32,000 nt of DNA from Thermococcus indicus (GTDB lineage: Archaea; Methanobacteriota_B; Thermococci; Thermococcales; Thermococcaceae), in contig NZ_CP040846.1 of NCBI RefSeq assembly GCF_006274605.1, forward strand, positions 1,029,041-1,061,040, written 5' to 3'. The translations under genes were made by a program, and so were the position numbers. Positions 26,228 to 32,000 of this stretch are shown here, piece by piece. Within the stretch, counting starts at the first letter, position 1. Every line of letters starts with the position of its first letter. The notes under the pieces were generated by a model, which had not been told where the DNA came from, ran no database searches, and saw only the letters and a program-made list of their open reading frames with translations.

Positions 26228-27475
26228 TCACTGAATCTTGTACCTCAGGAACGCCGCTATTCCGCCGAAGGCCTTGTAGAACTGCTGGCCCTCCTCGGTG
26301 TCGAGGGAGATGACCTCCACCTCGGAGCCGGCCTCCTCCGCCATCTTTATTAGCTCCTCCGCGACGTCCCACTTCTCGAAGTCCAGGTTCTGACTGCCGC
26401 ACTTGGGGCAGTGAGTGAGTTTTTTCCTGTAAACATGGAACTCCTGCTCGCTCATAGTTTTTTCTTCGCTCCAGCCGCAGCTGTTGCACTTGGCCCTGAC
26501 CCTGACCCTGTCATAGCCCTCGCTGATGAGGAGCGTATCGACGGCGCCGAGCTCCAGGGCCTTCCTGACTTCGTTCTCACCGTACGTTATCATCCCTGTG
26601 TCCTTGACGAGGTGCCTGAAGAAGTTCTGTATGAGGTGGCGCTCCTTTATGGCCTCGTGGTCTTTGAGGATGTCGCTGGCCTTCTCGACGAGCTCCTTGA
26701 GGCCGTAGGCCCCGCTGTAGCTGATGTCAACGACGCCGATTATCTTCTTCCTTAGCTCGTGGTGGAGGTACTCGCCGTCTATGAAGTCCTCCTTGGTCGG
26801 TCCCGGGCCGCCTATGATGATGCCCCTCAGCTCGCCCTTCTCCAGGAGGGGGAGGAATGCCTTGTTGGCGTGCTCGGCGATGCGCTTCATGAACTCGTGG
26901 GTCTCCTGCTCACGGATGCGCTCGTAACGCCTGGCCGACTGACCACCTGCCCTGGTCTTACCGGGCACGTTGGAGGTCAGCTCGTCGATGACGTCTATCC
27001 TCTTCCCGCGCAGGAGACCTATGGTGGCTTCGTTCTTCTCAACGGTTATGAGGCCGTAGGCGTCCTTGACGCGGAGCATCTCCTCCAGCGGCTCGGTGAT
27101 GAAGGTCTGGTCGCACCGGTAGAGCCTGACCTTGAGGGGTTCTGGAGGGATTATCGCCCAGAGCTTTATGTCGCTGACGCCCTCCTGCTCGCTGACGTTT
27201 CCGACGAAGAGGGCCAGACCGGTCTCGGGGGTCTTGCGGTAGAGCTTGAGGTGCTGCATCGCCCTCTCAAGGGCACCGAGGACGTTCTTTCGGGTTGACT
27301 TGCTCTTGATGTTCTGGGCCGTCCCGTACTCCTCCCTCAGCTGCTGCATGACCTTGTTCAGATCGTATCCGGCCGGAACGTAGAGGGTCACCAGTTCGGT
27401 GGCTCGACCTCGATAACCCTTCAGCTCCTCGACCTTCTTCTTGAGTTCATACATCTCGGCTGACTTGTGAGACAT
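26228..27475 (-). CDS. prf1: Peptide chain release factor aRF1
   Basis: It has the NIKS motif (TAQNIKSKS), the GGQ motif ([11 protein letters not shown]) and a C-terminal Zn-ribbon-like insertion (CNSCG…CPKCG). The ATG at 27475 ([11 protein letters not shown]…) follows GGGGAGTG. GTG 27484 and ATG 27481 are alternative starts. Confidence 0.9.
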   Translation of the reverse strand: MSHKSAEMYELKKKVEELKGYRGRATELVTLYVPAGYDLNKVMQQLREEYGTAQNIKSKSTRKNVLGALERAMQHLKLYRKTPETGLALFVGNVSEQEGVSDIKLWAIIPPEPLKVRLYRCDQTFITEPLEEMLRVKDAYGLITVEKNEATIGLLRGKRIDVIDELTSNVPGKTRAGGQSARRYERIREQETHEFMKRIAEHANKAFLPLLEKGELRGIIIGGPGPTKEDFIDGEYLHHELRKKIIGVVDISYSGAYGLKELVEKASDILKDHEAIKERHLIQNFFRHLVKDTGMITYGENEVRKALELGAVDTLLISEGYDRVRVRAKCNSCGWSEEKTMSEQEFHVYRKKLTHCPKCGSQNLDFEKWDVAEELIKMAEEAGSEVEVISLDTEEGQQFYKAFGGIAAFLRYKIQ

Positions 27476-27583
27476 GAGCATCACTCCCCTTCAGAACGTT
27501 TTTCCAGCCAGTTTCCGCTACCTGAGAATGAAAAAAGCAGGGAATTTATAAAAGTTTAGGAACAGGGGAGGATTCGGCTAGAA

Positions 27584-27808
27584 TCACGAGATTATTATGA
27601 GGGCTATGACGCCCAGGATTCCTCCTATAGCAACCACCAGAACGTTCAGCGCCGTTAGTGGCACATCCGATATCCCTATCCAGTTCGTGAACCACAGGAT
27701 AATCAGGCCGATTATCGCGTTGGCCAGGAGGTACCTGATTATGGCAAAGCCTACCTTGACCACCAGCAGGATGACCAGGAACGGGAAAAACAGCAACTCT
27801 CCAAGCAT
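27584..27808 (-). CDS. Small two-TM membrane protein, BofA-like (pro-sigmaK processing inhibitor family fold)
   Basis: It is a 74-aa hydrophobic protein. …LLANAIIGLIILWFTNWIG…ALNVLVVAIGGILGV… resembles PF07441. Confidence 0.45.
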   Translation of the reverse strand: MLGELLFFPFLVILLVVKVGFAIIRYLLANAIIGLIILWFTNWIGISDVPLTALNVLVVAIGGILGVIALIIIS

Positions 27809-27900
27809 GGTATTACCTGAAGTAGTTAAAACGAACGGGCTTATTAATCTTTCGCAACATAAATGGGATGCCGGAAGAAATGAATAAATTCAATTTCGAA

Positions 27901-28461
27901 TTATGAAAGTTTTTCAAGGGCTTCCCTTGCTATCTCTCCCAGCGGTACCCACTTCTTGCCCTCGAACGGGAGTATAACCTTATCCTCGACGCCCACGAGC
28001 TCCTCGATGTAGGGCCTTGCATCGGTTATACCAAGCTCCCCCGCGAGGAGTGCCGCGAACCCCTTGAGGTTCCGGCCGCCCTCGACCAGCGCCCTGATTA
28101 TATCGTCACTTACCTCCGCCCGCAGCGCCCTCACAGCTCCTCCAAACTGCCCCGCGAGCTCGTAGGAGAGCACCATGGCGTTTTCCCGGACGTACGGGTT
28201 CCTATCCAGGGTAAGGGCTACAGCCTTTGGGAACACCGTCCTCAGCCGACCCTCTAGAAGCCCGGGCCTCTGCTCTGCCACCATTCCGAGCAGGAGGAGG
28301 GCGTCTCCCCTGATTCCGGGAGAGCTTTCATCCAGAAGTTCAATCAGGCCGTCCAGGGCCTTTTTGTCCTTTACAACAATCGCCAGTGCCTCGTCAAAGC
28401 GCTCCTCCTCGATGAGCTTTTTGATTTTGCCCCTCTTGGAGCCGAATGAAAAGAGTCCCAT
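27901..28461 (-). CDS. HEAT/PBS-lyase-like repeat protein
   Basis: It has repeated helical units with …SPGIRGDALLLLG…, …NPYVRENAMVLS… and …GRNLKGFAALLAGELG…. The ATG at 28461 follows AAGGTGA, and GTG 28470 is an alternative start. Confidence 0.5.
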   Translation of the reverse strand: MGLFSFGSKRGKIKKLIEEERFDEALAIVVKDKKALDGLIELLDESSPGIRGDALLLLGMVAEQRPGLLEGRLRTVFPKAVALTLDRNPYVRENAMVLSYELAGQFGGAVRALRAEVSDDIIRALVEGGRNLKGFAALLAGELGITDARPYIEELVGVEDKVILPFEGKKWVPLGEIAREALEKLS

Positions 28462-28462
28462 G

Positions 28463-28558
28463 GCGGTCACCTTAAGGGGAGGGTTGTCGGGGGAGCGTTA
28501 AAGGTTTTTCGTCCCGATATCCCAAAGATATTTAAACGCGGAGGCACACTTTTTCATA
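28463..28558. repeat. Direct repeat copy A (~95 bp); also the functional divergent promoter/leader between the HEAT gene and the cassette
   Basis: It aligns to 29772-29858 at roughly 85% identity. The identical runs are GAGGGTTGTCGGGGG (15 nt) and CGTTAAAGGTTTTTCGTCCC (20 nt). It contains the TATA-like ATATTTAAAC. Confidence 0.85.
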
Positions 28559-28580
28559 GGCATTGGAATGGTGAACGAAA

Positions 28581-29303
28581 ATGACACCTCCGGCACTTCC
28601 TGTCCAGCATGGTAACTTTGCGGGCCTGGCGTTCCCGTTCGGCAGTATGAATATTCGGCCGTTGCTGGAGGGGATATCGCGGGATGGAGGTGGACTCAGG
28701 GGCGTTTTAGAGGAGTTCAAAAAGAACCTGGGCGAAAAGGAGGGAATTCTGTTCTCCAGGTTGATGGAGTTAACTCCAGATGAACCGAGTGAGGAAGCCT
28801 ATCTTATGGCTATTGAACGTATTTATAGGCTCTTTACCGAGGAGTTCGAAGGGGACATCCATGCAATTGCCGATGCGGCGATTAACGTGGAGATGACTCC
28901 CAACGAACTTGAGGAGGAACTTAGGAACATCATCCTGCCAGAACTCGTTAAACTGAAAGCGGATATTGACCGGGCTTCTGAGCTACTGTTGAAAAAAGCT
29001 CTGGACGGCCGGCTTCCCGAGGAGGAGCTGGAAGAGATGGATGCTGTGGACAGATTCCTTTTCATTGAATCGAACATTCTTGGAATAATCATAGAGACCA
29101 GGAGCCTCGAAACTGCCAGCGAGCTGTCATCCTACTTCCTGCTGCTCATGCTTCGGTTGTTGAAACTTCTCCAGAACAGAAAGTCTCTCACCGAACTGCT
29201 TGAGGACATCAAAATAGTTGCCGGTAAGATAAGGGAAGTTCATCCGACTCCAAGTGCGGTGGATGACTATTTCCTTGATGAACTTCTTGAATCGAATACC
29301 TGA
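28581..29303 (+). CDS. Hypothetical 240-aa acidic, predicted all-helical protein; upstream partner of the MazF-like gene
   Basis: The ATG at 28581 lies 6 nt after GGTGA, and ATG 28647 is an alternative start. It is very Glu/Asp/Leu-rich and I recognise no motif in it. The C-terminus is …VDDYFLDELLESNT. Its stop lies 16 nt before the MazF-like start. Confidence 0.55.
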   Translation: MTPPALPVQHGNFAGLAFPFGSMNIRPLLEGISRDGGGLRGVLEEFKKNLGEKEGILFSRLMELTPDEPSEEAYLMAIERIYRLFTEEFEGDIHAIADAAINVEMTPNELEEELRNIILPELVKLKADIDRASELLLKKALDGRLPEEELEEMDAVDRFLFIESNILGIIIETRSLETASELSSYFLLLMLRLLKLLQNRKSLTELLEDIKIVAGKIREVHPTPSAVDDYFLDELLESNT

Positions 29304-29319
29304 GATTGGAGGTTGTCCA

Positions 29320-29700
29320 ATGGAGCAGGGTGAGATCTGGACGGCCCCGTTCCCTTATTTTGATGAGGATGGAGGGCTGAAATACAAACATCGGCCGGTT
29401 CTTATAATCTCCGGCGACACAATGAACAACAATGGGCGGGATGTAGTAGTCTGCCAGATTTCGCGGTTTGAGCTGAAGCGTGTCTCTGCCCTGTCCCCCC
29501 AGCTTAGGGAGATGGTGAGGGTTATAAAAAACGATGACCTGGACCCAAACACCAGCAGAGGGCTTAGGAACGTGAGTATGATAAAACTCTTCAAGCTGTT
29601 CACAATGCCCAAGACGAAACTCAGAAACGGTAGATACATAGGAAAGCTCAAGGAGGGCGTTATAACGGAGCTGGCAGAAAAGACACGGGAGCTTTTTTAA
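29320..29700 (+). CDS. PemK/MazF-family toxin (putative endoribonuclease)
   Basis: MEQGEIWTAPFPY…HRPVLIIS…DVVVCQIS…IGKLKEGVITEL… parallels the PemK/MazF pattern (MERGEIW…RPVLIV…VVVPVTS…). The ATG at 29320 lies 7 nt after GGAGGT. Confidence 0.7.
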   Translation: MEQGEIWTAPFPYFDEDGGLKYKHRPVLIISGDTMNNNGRDVVVCQISRFELKRVSALSPQLREMVRVIKNDDLDPNTSRGLRNVSMIKLFKLFTMPKTKLRNGRYIGKLKEGVITELAEKTRELF

Positions 29701-29771
29701 GGGCCTGTGTTGGGTCTTTGGTGCATATAGATGTTCCGGCGCCTCCTTACCTCTCCTAATTCAGCACGAAG

Positions 29772-29858
29772 ACGGCCACCTCAAGGGAGGGTTGTCGGGG
29801 GGACGTTAAAGGTTTTTCGTCCCTATGCTCAGGATATTCAAACGCGGAAGCACACTTG
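29772..29858. repeat. Direct repeat copy B (degenerate copy, no gene served in either direction)
   Basis: This is the same alignment as copy A. The TATA equivalent is mutated to ATATTCAAAC. The remnant of the HEAT-gene start (GTGGCCGTC versus GTGACCGCC) is followed by a stop after 7 codons. Confidence 0.85.
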
Positions 29859-29872
29859 TATGGTTTTCTTCA

Positions 29873-30193
29873 TTATTCAGCACCCGTGAGCTCTTTGAAC
29901 TCCTCTTCAACTTCCTGGAGAGTCTCTTTTACCTCCGGCCATTCATCCTCGAAATCCCCTTTTAGCAACTTTCTCCGGGCTTCCATAGCCTCTGCCTTGA
30001 TTTCTTCGGGCGTTAAACTCTTGGCGAGCTCTCTGGCCTCTTCAATCATCATCTGGCCAAGCGTCATGGTAACTGCGAATTTAATGAAGTCCGAACGGCT
30101 CCGAAACTCCTTTCTCTGCACCAATTCGTCAATTTTCTTAACAACATACCCTGGAAGCCTCACCGATATTGGGTATTCAACCCTCTCCGCCAT
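29873..30193 (-). CDS. Ribbon-helix-helix (CopG/Arc-MetJ-type) protein with an acidic C-terminal extension; no adjacent co-directional toxin
   Basis: YPISVRLPGYVVKKIDELVQRKEFRSRSDFIKFAV is a classic RHH beta-strand plus two helices. The start is ambiguous among four ATGs (30205-30193). Confidence 0.65.
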   Translation of the reverse strand: MAERVEYPISVRLPGYVVKKIDELVQRKEFRSRSDFIKFAVTMTLGQMMIEEARELAKSLTPEEIKAEAMEARRKLLKGDFEDEWPEVKETLQEVEEEFKELTGAE

Positions 30194-30496
30194 CCACATC
30201 ATCAACTACAAATAAACTACAATAGTATTTAAACCTACTCTTAAGTCCCAACCCTCCTATCCGCTACCTATATATTTTGAGAGTGTCTTAACCGCTTCTT
30301 TTCCACCAACTACTTTTGCTTTTCCACTTTTATACTCCTCAAACCTCTTTTCAAGGCCTTTAAGTTCCCCATCTACTTTTCCAACGGGTGGGAGGACTGC
30401 ATCGAAACTATTTAAACCTCCTCGTTGCCGTTTTTCTGTTCATATTGCTAGTTAACCAGAACGGGACGGTCTAAAAGAGAAAAATGATAACGGGGC

Positions 30497-31030
30497 TCAG
30501 ATTACCCATCCTTTCTTTTTCAGTTCCTCTAGGAACTCTCTTGGAGTCAGAATCTTGATTCTGCAAACTTCATTCCCATCTTCATCCTCAATGATTACTT
30601 CCCTGGTTTCGGGATCCCGCAGTGAAAGGAGATCGTCTTGATCTTGGGTGATGAGATACTCAACACCGGCATCACAGGCCACTGACAAAACTTCATTATC
30701 CTCCTCATCCTCACTGGCATCTACCCAGCTCTCTGGACTGATTACTACAGACTTTATTTCAAACGCTGTCATAATTGCATAAGGTTTGTACCATAGTAGT
30801 CCCCCGGTTGGCCCTGAAGATTTATTGGCCAGATACCTTTGGACACGACGACTTCCCAATTTGGCACGAAGACGGTCAAGCATCAACTTCGAAGCGAAAT
30901 TGACTATCCTGCCTTCAATCACCAGGCGAACCACGGTTGCTGGCGCCGCTGCCGGTCCTCCTAACGCGGAGGACACGGCGACGTTCAGGTCTATCACTAC
31001 GGGAATAGGCTCGAACTTCCTTCTCGACAC
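30497..31030 (-). CDS. PIN-domain protein (COG1569/TIGR00305-type putative toxin)
   Basis: It has PVVIDLNVAVSSALGGPAAAPATVVRLVIEGRIVNFAS… and …DNEVLSVACDAGVEYLITQDQDDLLSL, which match the PIN_3-type pattern. The GTG start at 31030 is two codons after an in-frame TGA. Confidence 0.65.
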   Translation of the reverse strand: MSRRKFEPIPVVIDLNVAVSSALGGPAAAPATVVRLVIEGRIVNFASKLMLDRLRAKLGSRRVQRYLANKSSGPTGGLLWYKPYAIMTAFEIKSVVISPESWVDASEDEEDNEVLSVACDAGVEYLITQDQDDLLSLRDPETREVIIEDEDGNEVCRIKILTPREFLEELKKKGWVI

Positions 31031-31319
31031 CTTTCAACACCTCCTGGATCTCATCATCACTCGGAGGTGAATCCGGCCCGAGGGCCATCATCTCCAGGAG
31101 GGCTTCATCAGAGGTAGGTACCTTAAACGCGGGAAGCTCGAAGAGTGCTTTTTGGATTGCATAATTGATGAAGTCACTCCTGCTCGGGAAAACCCCCAGG
31201 TCCACGAGGGCCTCTATCTGCTCGTATGCAAATATTGGAATCCTCACGCTGATCAATTTGGTTTTGGGGCCATCCTTCCCCTTCCCAGTCCTCCTGGTTA
31301 TCTCCAGAGAGTATGCCAT
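30915..31319 (-). CDS. Ribbon-helix-helix (CopG-type) putative antitoxin upstream of the PIN gene
   Basis: KLISVRIPIFAYEQIEALVDLGVFPSRSDFINYAIQKAL is an RHH motif. The ATG at 31319 follows GGGGGTGG, and ATG 31385 is an alternative start. Its frame reads 116 nt into the PIN gene. Confidence 0.6.
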   Translation of the reverse strand: MAYSLEITRRTGKGKDGPKTKLISVRIPIFAYEQIEALVDLGVFPSRSDFINYAIQKALFELPAFKVPTSDEALLEMMALGPDSPPSDDEIQEVLKGVEKEVRAYSRSDRPERRRVLRVRRTGSGASNRGSPGD

Positions 31320-31523
31320 CCAAACCACCCCCACAAGTACCTCGTAATACGTTTGTATTACATCTTTTAAAAACTTTTTGGTCATGTATCTGTCAAGAAG
31401 TTTAAGAATTAAGAACGCAGTTCTTAGAGAAAGTGTGAGAAGAAAATGTTACAGGGAGCCAGGTCTCACCCGCCAAAAGGTCCTCACTAAAGAACTCCTT
31501 GGAGATCCATAAGAGATCGCGCC

Positions 31524-31922
31524 TCAGCCCGCCCCAAGCGAGCAGATTATAACCTCGCACGCGCCCGCGTTGCCGTCCATGCAGTCGTTGTAGATTTTCT
31601 CAAGAGTCTTGCCGTCCGTTGAATATTCTATAACCTCCGGATAGGTGCCGGTGTAGGATGTCTTATCGACGGTGCAGGTGGTCTTGCCGTCCGAGATCGT
31701 GAGGGTTACCGTTTTGGACTTGAGTTCCTCCCAGAGCTCGTTGGCCTTCAGCTGGACGACGATGTACTGGGCGTCGTTCTGAAGCTGGAGAACGTTCACC
31801 TGCTCGCCGGTCTCTATGGTGTGGGGAAGGACGCCGTTGTTGTAGGCGAAGAGAGTTGCCAGAACGAGCACGAACATCCCGGCGAGCATGAATAGGTACT
31901 CCAGAGAAGCCTGGGCGCGCAT
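31524..31922 (-). CDS. Class III signal peptide protein (archaeal type IV pilin-like)
   Basis: The N-terminus MRAQASLEYLFMLAGMFVLVLATLF matches the prepilin-peptidase site (K/R-A/G-Q-x-S-x-E-Y) plus a hydrophobic helix. The ATG is preceded by AGGTGATC. Confidence 0.7.
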   Translation of the reverse strand: MRAQASLEYLFMLAGMFVLVLATLFAYNNGVLPHTIETGEQVNVLQLQNDAQYIVVQLKANELWEELKSKTVTLTISDGKTTCTVDKTSYTGTYPEVIEYSTDGKTLEKIYNDCMDGNAGACEVIICSLGAG

Positions 31923-32000
31923 TGGAGATCACCTGACAGGAAAATATAGAAAAAAGTATTCAATGCTTCACTGGTTGTTCCACCAATCTACAATGGCCTT

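Noticed and set aside
28581-29303. HEPN (Rx4-6H), RHH, AbrB or HTH motif in the 240-aa MazF partner
   Set aside because: I could not find any such motif by eye, so I make no domain call. A profile search is required.

Overview
The window looks like a Thermococcales (Thermococcus-type) chromosomal segment. It is GC-rich and tightly packed, with GGTGA/GGAGG ribosome-binding sites, frequent 4-nt gene overlaps, A/T-rich TATA boxes and oligo-T terminators. I found no rRNA, tRNA or CRISPR array.

**Left third (274-10136, minus strand).** This is a complete 13-gene mbxABCDFGHH'MJKLN operon. It combines an Mrp-antiporter-like module with a Nuo-like module, as in the Mbx/MBS membrane-bound sulfane reductase. 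It has two antiporter-like H subunits, and its large subunit keeps only one Cys in each of the two NiFe-binding motifs. Its promoter region carries SurR-type GTTn3AAC(n5GTT) motifs.

**Housekeeping genes in the rest of the window.**
- ACT-domain regulator
- radical SAM/TRAM protein
- wecB-wecC with a divergent DUF354 gene
- SpoIIM-like membrane protein
- LplA C-terminal-domain protein
- argS
- archaeal AAA ATPase
- DapA-family aldolase
- aRF1
- BofA-like protein
- HEAT-repeat protein

**Accessory islets, which look lower in GC by eye.**
1. About 12.5-16 kb holds a TnpB-only IS200/IS605-type element with a nested right-end hairpin. It appears to have inserted into the first gene of a cluster of uncharacterised N-terminally anchored proteins.
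2. About 20.6-22.1 kb holds a translationally coupled tandem paralog pair of secreted proteins. One of them looks frameshifted at a C5 run.
3. About 28.46-31.9 kb is a toxin-antitoxin-rich island. It contains a 1.2-kb two-gene cassette (a 240-aa acidic helical protein plus a PemK/MazF-like toxin) bracketed by ~95-bp imperfect direct repeats, an orphan RHH gene, a decayed small ORF, an RHH-PIN pair with a 116-nt overlap, and a class III signal peptide (pilin-like) gene.

The repeat-bracketed MazF cassette with its non-canonical long partner is my best candidate for something undescribed. All functional calls rest on motif recognition by eye, and no database search was possible.
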